Position numbers and translations under genes: made by a program. A DNA stretch of 64,000 bases, from positions 1,848,385 to 1,912,384 of the forward strand of contig OZ253582.1 in the NCBI GenBank assembly GCA_965263085.1, read 5' to 3'. This DNA comes from Nitrospinales bacterium. Its GTDB lineage: Bacteria; Nitrospinota; Nitrospinia; Nitrospinales; VA-1. Under the pieces are notes generated by a model, which searched no databases, was not told the DNA's origin, and worked only from the letters and a program-made list of their open reading frames with translations. How positions within the stretch are numbered: the first letter of the stretch is position 1; every line of letters starts with the position of its first letter. Positions 35,149-43,770 of this stretch are shown here, one piece after another.

Positions 35149-35946
35149 GTGAATATCATGACTTCATCTTGGTCTTTGCCTGAAAACGACCCTTGGTCCA
35201 CCCCTTTTGCACAACTGTTGATGCATAAACTGGAACTGCAACCGGGCGACTCGGTGCTGGACATTGCCGCTGGGGGAGGTGTCCCGGCATTTCATCTGGC
35301 GGAACAGGTAGGACCGGAAGGAAGTGTTCTGGCTATTGACATCCATCAATCCCAAGTGCTTCGTTCCCGGTCAATCCAGGGTCGACATATGCCATGGTTG
35401 CAGTTTGAGGTCGGAGATATGCGCTTTTTGCCGCCGACACTGCCCCGTTTTGATCGCATTACCGGCAACCTTTCTTTCATGTTTTTTCGCCCGAATCGGT
35501 TTGAGGCTCTTAGTAACCTGATTCGGTTCTTAAAACCGGGCGGACAAATTGTGCTGACCTTTCCTTCGCTGGGAACGTTTGATTCTTTATGGAATCTCGT
35601 CGACGAGGAGATGAGGCAAAGAAACCTGGTGGACGAGCAACAGGCCTTGAATGAATATATAGAAGAACGTCCTTCTGCCAGTCGGGCAAAACAATGGTTA
35701 GAAGACCTGGGCCTGAAACGGGTTGAAGTGACCGAATGGCCGCTGGAAATTTTTACCCGGTCAGGGAGGGATTTTCTTGAGCATCCGCTTTTGCGCGGCG
35801 GATTTCTGGATGATGTTTACGAATGTTTTGAAGACCAGAATTTAGCCAATGGGTTTATGGAAGATATTTCACGGGATACTGACCGTTTCACCCCTTTGTT
35901 GGCGCAAAGATGCGCGATGTCCGGATTTGCTTCGGTACAAAAATAG
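35149..35946 (+). CDS. Class I SAM-dependent methyltransferase
   Basis: 265 aa. Motif I VLDIAAGGG. Confidence 0.7.
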   Translation: MNIMTSSWSLPENDPWSTPFAQLLMHKLELQPGDSVLDIAAGGGVPAFHLAEQVGPEGSVLAIDIHQSQVLRSRSIQGRHMPWLQFEVGDMRFLPPTLPRFDRITGNLSFMFFRPNRFEALSNLIRFLKPGGQIVLTFPSLGTFDSLWNLVDEEMRQRNLVDEQQALNEYIEERPSASRAKQWLEDLGLKRVEVTEWPLEIFTRSGRDFLEHPLLRGGFLDDVYECFEDQNLANGFMEDISRDTDRFTPLLAQRCAMSGFASVQK

Positions 35947-35965
35947 TCCGAATTTTACGCGTTAA

Positions 35966-36319
35966 ATGATAGGATCGTGTATGGATGATGAAGGTAGAGT
36001 AGAACTAAAAAAGAAAATTGTTGAAGAAATCGAGGTGCAAAAGCACCTGATAGAAAGCTTCACTGCAACCTCCAAGCCGGTTGCGCCAGACAACGCCATA
36101 GGTCGTCTCACCCGAATGGAAGCGATCAGCAGTCAGGGTATTAGCGAGGCTTCGTTAAATTCGGCGAAGGCCAAGCTCATCAAACTTGAAAAAGCTCTGA
36201 GCAGGGTGGACTTGTCGGATTTTGGAATCTGCGCTCGTTGCGCCAACCCGATTCCGCATGACCGTATCATGCTCATGCCGGAGAATGTTCTGTGTGTATC
36301 CTGCGCAGAAAAAAATTAG
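35966..36319 (+). CDS. TraR/DksA-family C4 zinc-finger protein
   Basis: 117 aa (or ATG at 35981). CARCANPIPHDRIMLMPENVLCVSC. Confidence 0.7.
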   Translation: MIGSCMDDEGRVELKKKIVEEIEVQKHLIESFTATSKPVAPDNAIGRLTRMEAISSQGISEASLNSAKAKLIKLEKALSRVDLSDFGICARCANPIPHDRIMLMPENVLCVSCAEKN

Positions 36320-36346
36320 CAACCCACCATTGCGAACCAGACCATT

Positions 36347-37396
36347 GTGCTGACTCAACAGACCCTGGAAAATTTTCAGCAGGAGGATTTCCCAATAGGC
36401 AAGGCAAGAGAGTTGGTGAAAAATCTCTTTCGGCCCAACCCTGTTATTTACTGGTCGGATTTTTTATGTAGCGTCGTTCTGGGGTGGGGCGCTTTTGTTA
36501 TGGCCCTTATAGCCCCTGTTTTTTCTTTCCGGCAAATTCTTTTTGTGGTTTTCTCCTGTCTGGCTTTGTATCGGGCGGCTTTATTCATCCATGAAATTGT
36601 TCATTTCAAAAAGGGTACCTTCAAGGTATTCCGTTGGATTTGGAATATACTTTGCGGTTTCCCTCTTATGATCCCAGTTTTTCTTTATCAATCCGTTCAT
36701 TTCGATCACCATAAGCAGAGTTTTTATGGAACCAAAAAAGATGGGGAATATTTCCCCTTTGCTTTGAATGGAAGGAGATGGATTGTCATTCATGTTCTTT
36801 TTTCTTTTCTGGTCCCGGTTTTATTTTTGGTACGTTTTTCAGTTTTAACTCCACTATCTTTGGCCAGTAAAAAGCTGAGATCGTTCCTGATGGCCAGGAT
36901 GTCGGCGCTGATCATAGCCCTGGATTATCGGCGGCCAGAGTCTTCCTGGAAGAATATGGAAGATTGGAAAACTCAGGAGTTTTTGGCGTGTCTTTTTACC
37001 TGGGCATTTCTGGGGAGCCTTCTGGCGCAAATTATTCCTGTGATAACCCTGTTCCTATGGTACTGTGTCGGAGCGTTGATTTTTATGGTTAATTCTATTA
37101 GAACCTTAGTGGCTCACCGCTACCAAAACCCCAAGGAAAATGCGATGAGCTACCCAAGCCAAGTGTTGGACTCGGTCAATATTCCCGGCAATAGATGGAT
37201 GACTCCTTTATGGGCGCCGGTGGGTCTTCGCTTTCACGCAACGCACCACCTGTTTCCCGATCTGCCTTATCACGCTTTAGGAGAGGCGCATCGCCGGCTG
37301 ATTCGAGATCAGGGAAGGAATTCTTTATACGGTCAAACCGTTTGTTCGGGATTGCTTCCAGCATTGAACCAGTTGTGGAAGCATGCCTCCGTTTGA
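36347..37396 (+). CDS. Membrane fatty-acid desaturase/hydroxylase family protein
   Basis: 349 aa. His boxes HEIVH, HFDHH and HATHH, with several TM segments. Confidence 0.8.
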   Translation: MLTQQTLENFQQEDFPIGKARELVKNLFRPNPVIYWSDFLCSVVLGWGAFVMALIAPVFSFRQILFVVFSCLALYRAALFIHEIVHFKKGTFKVFRWIWNILCGFPLMIPVFLYQSVHFDHHKQSFYGTKKDGEYFPFALNGRRWIVIHVLFSFLVPVLFLVRFSVLTPLSLASKKLRSFLMARMSALIIALDYRRPESSWKNMEDWKTQEFLACLFTWAFLGSLLAQIIPVITLFLWYCVGALIFMVNSIRTLVAHRYQNPKENAMSYPSQVLDSVNIPGNRWMTPLWAPVGLRFHATHHLFPDLPYHALGEAHRRLIRDQGRNSLYGQTVCSGLLPALNQLWKHASV

Positions 37397-37434
37397 AACT
37401 ATAGACCCTGGTTTAAATTTCTGGTGAGAAACTT

Positions 37435-38766
37435 ATGACAAAACCTTTTACTCTGCTCAATGAACTCGCGAGTGATGACAACGAACCAACTCATTTAAAA
37501 AAGAATAAAATCACCTCCTTGTTGAAAAAGAAGTTTGATTTTGAAAATTCTCACCTGCGCCCTCCCAACAGTAAAGAAAAAGGGATACTGGCAAAGTGTT
37601 TTGGCTATTTTGCTCCAGAGCAGGCCAAGGAACTGGGGATTTATCCGTATTTCAGGGAAATTCAGGAAATTGATGGATGCCACGTCGTTATTGACGGTAA
37701 ACCGGCTATTTCTATCTCGACTAATAATTATCTGGGATTGGCTCAGGAACCTCGTGTGGTCTCAGCGGCTTGCGAGGCGTTGAAAAAATTCGGCATTGGT
37801 TGTACCGGCAGTCGTTTTCTCAATGGTACTTTCAATTTGCATAAGATCCTGGAACGGGAGCTTTCCTCTTTCTTGAGCCGAGAAGACACCATTGTCATGT
37901 CCACGGGGTTCCAGGCAAATCAGGGGACGATTGCTTGTCTCCTGGGGAGAAAAGATGTGGCTTTTTCGGACCGGGAAAACCATGCCAGTATTTACGAAGG
38001 CTGTAGCGTGGCACAAGGAAAGACTGTCCGCTATCAGCATAATGATATGGATCACTTGGAATATTATTTAAAAAAATATTCAGATGTTGAAGGAAAGATA
38101 ATTATTACTGACAGTGTGTTTAGTATGAGCGGCGATATTGCCAACCTTCCAGCTATTGTCAAATTGGCGAAAGACTATGGAGCCAAGGTTATGGTTGATG
38201 AGGCTCACGGTCTGGGTGTTGTGGGTGAGAGTGGCAGGGGCGTTGCCAATTACTATAACCTGGAAGACGAAATAGATATTTATATGGGGACGTTTTCCAA
38301 AAGTCTGGGTTCCATCGGCGGATTTGTTTCCGCAAAGTCCAAGGTCACCGAGTTCATTCGCCATAAAGCTTCAGCGTTTATTTTTACTGCGGCCCTGCCG
38401 CCTGCATCGGTTGCGGGAGTTATTGCCGGTCTGGATATTATGATGAGTGAGCCGGAACGTCTCGAAAAGTTGCAGAAAAATACCGCTTATATAAAAAGAG
38501 GTTTTTTTGATATGGGTTTTCAGGTGAACAATACCTCCATTCCTATAGTTCCCATAAAGATAGGAGAAGAAGCTCTCACGCTTTATTTAAACAGGCTCCT
38601 TTTTGATGCCGGAGTTTTTGCCGGGGTCGCGGTGTCGCCGGTTGTGCCACCCCTCAATGCCATGATACGGACCAGCTATACCTCTACCCATAACCAAAAG
38701 GATCTTGATAAAGTTCTTAGCTCTTTCAAGAAATTGGGGACAAAGCTTGGCATCATACCCGTGTAA
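37435..38766 (+). CDS. Alpha-oxoamine synthase family PLP enzyme, serine-palmitoyltransferase-like
   Basis: 443 aa. The PLP-lysine motif GTFSKSLGSIGGF is the GTFSKS form I associate with bacterial Spt rather than BioF or Kbl. Confidence 0.7.
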   Translation: MTKPFTLLNELASDDNEPTHLKKNKITSLLKKKFDFENSHLRPPNSKEKGILAKCFGYFAPEQAKELGIYPYFREIQEIDGCHVVIDGKPAISISTNNYLGLAQEPRVVSAACEALKKFGIGCTGSRFLNGTFNLHKILERELSSFLSREDTIVMSTGFQANQGTIACLLGRKDVAFSDRENHASIYEGCSVAQGKTVRYQHNDMDHLEYYLKKYSDVEGKIIITDSVFSMSGDIANLPAIVKLAKDYGAKVMVDEAHGLGVVGESGRGVANYYNLEDEIDIYMGTFSKSLGSIGGFVSAKSKVTEFIRHKASAFIFTAALPPASVAGVIAGLDIMMSEPERLEKLQKNTAYIKRGFFDMGFQVNNTSIPIVPIKIGEEALTLYLNRLLFDAGVFAGVAVSPVVPPLNAMIRTSYTSTHNQKDLDKVLSSFKKLGTKLGIIPV

Positions 38767-38768
38767 CA

Positions 38769-39890
38769 ATGGGTTTTAAACTCGTAAAGATTGAGACCCG
38801 TCAGGATCTGGATCGATTCATCCGCCTTCCCTGGAAAATTTATAAAGACCAGTCGTGCTGGGTTCCTCCTCTTATCCAGGAACGTAAAACGTTCTTAAAT
38901 CCCGACATCAACCCGTTTTTCGAACATGCGGAAGTCGATCTTTTTCTGGCGATGGATGACAACTCGTCACCGGTAGGGAGAATTGCTCTGATTCATGATC
39001 GAAACTATCAGGAGATTCATTCGGAATCTGTTGGTATGTTCGGCATGTTTGAGTCGGTGGATGACTCGAATCTCTCCCGGTTTTTATTGGATAAGGCTTA
39101 TCAATGGTGTGAGGAAAGAAGATATACCCGTCTTATGGGGCCGATGAATTTTTCGACTAATCATGAGTGTGGCCTCCTGATAGAGGGGTTTGACTCTCCC
39201 ACTATGTTTGGCATTCCCTATAATCCAGAATATTATGGAAAGCATTTCGAGGCGTGGGGTCTGCGAAAGGCTAAAGATCTTGTGGCTTTAAGGTTGGATT
39301 TGATTAAGATTCCGGATTACCTGATGCGCACCGTAGCAAAATTAAAAAAAAGGGATCACTTCAACGTCAGGCCTTTGGATATGGGGCGATTTGAGGAGGA
39401 AGTTTCCATCCTTTGGGATATCTACAACTCGGCATGGAGCATGAATTGGGGATTCGTTCCAATGACTCGAAAGGAGTTTGAGTTTTCTGTAAAGAAAATG
39501 AAACCCATCATACATCCTGAGTTTTGCTTGATTGCCGAAGTCAAGGGCGAGCCGGCGGGTTTTTCACTGGCTATTCCCGATGTCAATCAGGTGCTGAAAG
39601 GAATGGATGGAAGGCTGTTTCCCTTTGGTTGGGCTCGGTTCTTATGGAATAAAAATAAAATTGATGCTTACCGGGTGCTGACTCTCGGGGTGAAGAAAAA
39701 ATTCCGCAGGTTGGGTATTGATGCTTGGTTTTATTATGAAACCTATAGATTATTTCTGGAGAAAAAGGTACAGTGGTGCGAAATGTCTTGGCTGCTAGAG
39801 GATAACAAAAGTATTCTCGAACCGATGTACCGGATAGGGGGAACTATTTATAAAAAGCATCGCATCTATGAGCGCCTTATCACACCTTGA
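38769..39890 (+). CDS. GNAT-like N-acyltransferase family protein
   Basis: 373 aa. It starts 2 nt after the previous stop and overlaps the next gene. The GNAT-type core is VGRIALIHD...GMFGMFE. Confidence 0.6.
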   Translation: MGFKLVKIETRQDLDRFIRLPWKIYKDQSCWVPPLIQERKTFLNPDINPFFEHAEVDLFLAMDDNSSPVGRIALIHDRNYQEIHSESVGMFGMFESVDDSNLSRFLLDKAYQWCEERRYTRLMGPMNFSTNHECGLLIEGFDSPTMFGIPYNPEYYGKHFEAWGLRKAKDLVALRLDLIKIPDYLMRTVAKLKKRDHFNVRPLDMGRFEEEVSILWDIYNSAWSMNWGFVPMTRKEFEFSVKKMKPIIHPEFCLIAEVKGEPAGFSLAIPDVNQVLKGMDGRLFPFGWARFLWNKNKIDAYRVLTLGVKKKFRRLGIDAWFYYETYRLFLEKKVQWCEMSWLLEDNKSILEPMYRIGGTIYKKHRIYERLITP

Positions 39891-40875
39891 AGGCACCACA
39901 GCTCTAGTTACTGGCGCGAATGGTTTTATCGGCAGTCATTTGGTAGATCGGCTTTTGGCCTCAGGTTGCACGGTTCATGGACTGGTAAGAGAATCTTCTG
40001 ACCTTAAATGGCTAGATTCTTCCCGAGTTCATCTGCACAAAGTGGATATGGTGCAACCGGATTTTATGATCCCCGCTTTGGAGGAGTTAGACTATATTTT
40101 TCATTGTGCAGGACTGACCAATGCAAAATCCCGTTCTAGCTATTTTCAAGTCAACGCCACTGCTTGTTCAAACCTATATGAGCAGTGTCAGAAACGCGTC
40201 CGCCGGATCAAGAGCATCGTTCACTTAAGCAGTCTGGCCGCAGTCGGCCCTTGTCTTCAGGGCGACCTCGTTGATGAAAGCACCTCTTGTAGACCCGTGA
40301 CTCTTTATGGCGAGTCCAAACTTGCGGGAGAAGAGATAGCCTTGCGGTTTTCTGGGTCGCTTCCTGTTACTGTTATACGCCCTCCTGTGGTGTACGGTCC
40401 CCGGGAAAAAAACTTTTTTACCTTCATCAAATTGATACAGAAAGGGTGGGGACTACAGATTGGCCGGGCGGGCAAAGAGCTTTCCCTGATTTATGTTTCT
40501 GATCTGGTTCAGGCAATGCTCAAAGCTTGCCATCCCTCGAAACAGCAAGGCCGTAGCTATTTTGTTACAGATGGCCGTGTTTATGCTTGGGAGCGGGTCG
40601 CAAAAGAATGTGCGCGCATTATGAATGTTAAGGTGAAAACCTTGAGAATTCCTGAGGCGGCACTGGTCCCGGTAGCTCTGTTCTTTGAGGCCTGGGCCAG
40701 TTTCAGTTCCAAGCCACCACTGTTTAACCGGGAGAGGATGATTGATATTCGGCAAAATTCATGGTCTGCATCACCGGTAAAGTTTTTTAAGACGTTTGAC
40801 TTTGAACCTCAGTATGGATTGAATCAGGGATTGGTCGAGACGATTAACTGGTATCGACAGGAAAAATGGTTATAG
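39868..40875 (+). CDS. NAD(P)-dependent epimerase/dehydratase (extended SDR) family protein
   Basis: 335 aa. Contains GANGFIGSHL and YGESK. Confidence 0.8.
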   Translation: MSALSHLEGTTALVTGANGFIGSHLVDRLLASGCTVHGLVRESSDLKWLDSSRVHLHKVDMVQPDFMIPALEELDYIFHCAGLTNAKSRSSYFQVNATACSNLYEQCQKRVRRIKSIVHLSSLAAVGPCLQGDLVDESTSCRPVTLYGESKLAGEEIALRFSGSLPVTVIRPPVVYGPREKNFFTFIKLIQKGWGLQIGRAGKELSLIYVSDLVQAMLKACHPSKQQGRSYFVTDGRVYAWERVAKECARIMNVKVKTLRIPEAALVPVALFFEAWASFSSKPPLFNRERMIDIRQNSWSASPVKFFKTFDFEPQYGLNQGLVETINWYRQEKWL

Positions 40876-40878
40876 GCT

Positions 40879-41724
40879 ATGAGTGGTGCGTCAAGGCAAA
40901 CATCCGTAAATCTGGTGGAGCCAATCAATCGTTATATTCAGGACCCGATTGCGAAACAAATTGTTGGTTTTTTGAAAGGCACTCTGGTGACTCCCAATCA
41001 GGTGACTTATTTTTCTGTTCTGATGGGGTTTGCTTCTGGCTACGCATTCAGCTTTGCTAGTTCGACCTTCCTGATTCTGGGAGGAATTTTACTGGAAGTC
41101 ACTTTGGTGCTGGATTGTGTAGATGGACAACTGGCCAGGGCCAAAGGAATGGCCAGCGATTGGGGCAGGTTGATTGATGGTATCGCCGGTTATTTTGCCT
41201 ATCTTGCAGTGGTGGTTGGGCTTATCAAAGGGTTTCCTGAACACGCACAAGTCCTGAAAATCATTGCGGGACTGATTATCTTGCGGGCTATCTCTTATGA
41301 TTATTACAAGCAGAGCTTGGGTATCTTGCTAGTGCATGGCTATGATGGGATGGAACGAGAAATTCAAAACACCCGCCAAAAGCTTCGAGCTAAAATGTCA
41401 TGGGTGTTGGTGCTTTATTTTTATTATATGCAGGCTCAGCAATTGTTTTTTCGGGGTCAATGGAGTTTTTTGCGCGATGTAGAAACGGAGAGGCGAGACC
41501 CGCAACCGGATTTGACCTTTGAGCAGCGCCAAGCCTGCTATGAGAAAATAAAACCCCTACTGACGCTTTGGCGCTGGAATGGGCTCGACCTTCCACTTTT
41601 CCTGCTTGCCCTGTTTGCCGTTCTTGGCATCCTTTCAGCCAGCCTGGTTCCCTTTGCCTGTGTTATGGCAGGTCAATATTTTTTGGCTTTAGTGGCGCAT
41701 CATTTTTTTATGCGTAGACTCTAA
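40879..41724 (+). CDS. CDP-alcohol phosphatidyltransferase family protein
   Basis: 281 aa. The signature DGQLAR-x8-G-x3-D-x3-G has Gly in the last position where the family signature has Asp. The protein is polytopic. Confidence 0.7.
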   Translation: MSGASRQTSVNLVEPINRYIQDPIAKQIVGFLKGTLVTPNQVTYFSVLMGFASGYAFSFASSTFLILGGILLEVTLVLDCVDGQLARAKGMASDWGRLIDGIAGYFAYLAVVVGLIKGFPEHAQVLKIIAGLIILRAISYDYYKQSLGILLVHGYDGMEREIQNTRQKLRAKMSWVLVLYFYYMQAQQLFFRGQWSFLRDVETERRDPQPDLTFEQRQACYEKIKPLLTLWRWNGLDLPLFLLALFAVLGILSASLVPFACVMAGQYFLALVAHHFFMRRL

Positions 41725-41746
41725 ACTTTAATAGTTTATAAGAAAA

Positions 41747-42805
41747 CTAGCAACAGGCACTATTGCCGTTGGTGGAGGAGATGCCTTCTTGTGGCTGAGG
41801 GGTACTACAGTCAAAAGGTCCGTAGTGGGTTGAGAAATCCCCAACTACATTAAAATGTTCGTTGAACCGGGTTTCACTCAGCATCTTGCTGGTATTGCCG
41901 CAAACTGGGACGGGAATTCCGGTCTGGAAGTAATGATGGTCGTCAAGGCTGAACCCGTGCGGGAATTCGGGAATGCTACCTCTATAGTAGGCGACATGGC
42001 CGAAATTTTCGCAAATGTCTTCGAACTCACATTTGAAGCTACGCACGGTCATGGAATAAAAATCGATCATGCCAACCTTGCGTTGGATATCCTCATTGTT
42101 GAGAGTGAGAGGGTTTTTGGAAACCACCCGGTAATCAAGGGAACCCGCGCTTCTCAATATGCGCCTGAAGTCTTCTATGTACATGGCACCTCCCAGGCAT
42201 TCGCCGAGCAAAACCGGGTCAGTGGTCAGGGGTTCCGGCACCCGTCGTCCGGAAAAAACGTCTGAGAGATACAGTTCTCCGCCGGGTTTAAGAACCCGGA
42301 AAATTTCACGAAATACACTTTTCTTATCGGGAGACAGGTTGATCACGCAGTTGGAGATAATCACATCAACTGAACTGTCTGCCAGATTCGCCGAAGTGAG
42401 GTCTTCAATCCAGCCTTTGCGAAAATCGACGTTGGATTTTTCCATGTTAAATTTTTCCGTATGAAAATCGATGTGCTTTCTTGCAACCGCCAGTTGTTCA
42501 TCGGTCATGTCAATACCAATGACCATTCCATCAGGGCCCACCAATTGAGCCAGCAGGTAGCAATCGCGTCCGGAACCGCAACCGAGGTCCACCACGGTTT
42601 TTCCACGAATGCTTGAAGGGAACGTGGAAACGCAACCGTAGAACCGGGATTGTACTTCCTCATGTATATTTTTCAAATAAGGGCGCAGGTAGGCAGGCAG
42701 GGTGTCTACCGCACAACACGCGCTGGTCTGAAGGTCATTTTTGGTTTTAAGAATTTTTCCGTAATAATTTTGAACATCTTGAAGAATTTTGGAGTGAGTA
42801 TTCAC
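41747..42805 (-). CDS. arsM: Arsenite S-adenosylmethionine methyltransferase
   Basis: 352 aa. YYGKIL...LQTSACC N-terminus, VVDLGCGSGRD SAM motif and a Cys-rich tail. Confidence 0.8.
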   Translation of the reverse strand: MNTHSKILQDVQNYYGKILKTKNDLQTSACCAVDTLPAYLRPYLKNIHEEVQSRFYGCVSTFPSSIRGKTVVDLGCGSGRDCYLLAQLVGPDGMVIGIDMTDEQLAVARKHIDFHTEKFNMEKSNVDFRKGWIEDLTSANLADSSVDVIISNCVINLSPDKKSVFREIFRVLKPGGELYLSDVFSGRRVPEPLTTDPVLLGECLGGAMYIEDFRRILRSAGSLDYRVVSKNPLTLNNEDIQRKVGMIDFYSMTVRSFKCEFEDICENFGHVAYYRGSIPEFPHGFSLDDHHYFQTGIPVPVCGNTSKMLSETRFNEHFNVVGDFSTHYGPFDCSTPQPQEGISSTNGNSACC

Positions 42806-43224
42806 TATCTGTCTCCTGAAAATTACTAAGTAATAGTCCCTGCCGAGGCCCTTGTAATTCTACCGATTTAGTTAGACCTTGAATATATCTGTATTCGTTA
42901 TTCTATACAAAACCTTTTATATATTGAAATTTTTTTTAGGTTTCATGAGCAGTCCTTTTAATTCAACACCAGCCGGAGTCAGAAAATTTTTGATGATCTT
43001 GGTGGTGATTAGTGAGTTGTCAGTGACTAACGCTTTTTTGCTTTGAAAAACTGTTTTCATGCTGATAATTGTAGTCGAAGAAACATTAGAAGTTATTCGT
43101 TATCCCCGACTCAACTGTTACAATTATATTAAGTTTTGCACAGGAATGTTTGCGGTGATTGTTTTTTAATGACTGAAGCTTTTTATAGTAGGCAGAAAAA
43201 ATGAGGGCACCCATCTGCAAACCG

Positions 43225-43431
43225 CTAATCAATTTCATCTTTTTCAATAAGGTCTTCCGCAATTCCACGCTCTATAATTTCATCGGCGATATCCCCATAT
43301 CCTCCGGGGTCATAGTCGTCTACATTTTGTTCGTCAAAATCATCAAAATAAACGGTGTGATCCTCCTCACACCATTCCCTTATGGAATTACTGAATCGCA
43401 GAACTTTCTGTACAGCTTCCAGTTTTTCCAT
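43225..43431 (-). CDS. Hypothetical small acidic protein
   Basis: 68-aa ORF in an AT-rich gap. It is D/E-rich and I recognise no family. Confidence 0.35.
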   Translation of the reverse strand: MEKLEAVQKVLRFSNSIREWCEEDHTVYFDDFDEQNVDDYDPGGYGDIADEIIERGIAEDLIEKDEID

Positions 43432-43493
43432 TGGTCGATGTTTTCAAATATCAGTGAGTATCAGGTTTGTGAATATGAAGGGGGGATAGAGCT

Positions 43494-43661
43494 TCAGTTT
43501 AAGGCCAGTAGTATTTTATGATTGTTAGCGGTTTTTTGTATCTGATAGGGCTGGATGCTGGAGATTTCTATTCCGTCTCTTAAACGGAGTACCTCTTTAA
43601 GGGTGAGAGGCCGGGCTCTCATTCGGGAGCGTCCATCATAGTAAAAGGGGCGGGTTTTCAT
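43494..43661 (-). CDS. Hypothetical 55-aa basic protein (below the ORF-track cutoff)
   Basis: ATG at 43661 preceded by GAGGAAAA. Hand translation: MKTRPFYYDGRSRMRARPLTLKEVLRLRDGIEISSIQPYQIQKTANNHKILLALN. Confidence 0.3.
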   Translation of the reverse strand: MKTRPFYYDGRSRMRARPLTLKEVLRLRDGIEISSIQPYQIQKTANNHKILLALN

Positions 43662-43770
43662 TTTTCCTCGGGTCCATGTTTAATAGATACGCTTTTTAGA
43701 TGCAAAATACCTTCCGAAGTCTTAAAAAATCTAGCAAAAATAATAAGATTTTTGGAAAAAAATAGGGAGG

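Noticed and set aside
42917-43060. 47-codon minus-strand ORF resembling the start of a response-regulator receiver domain (KALVTDNSLITTKIIKNFLTPAGVE)
   Set aside because: It is too short, lacks the acidic pocket (VTDNS instead of DD) and ends after ~45 aa. At best it is a gene fragment.
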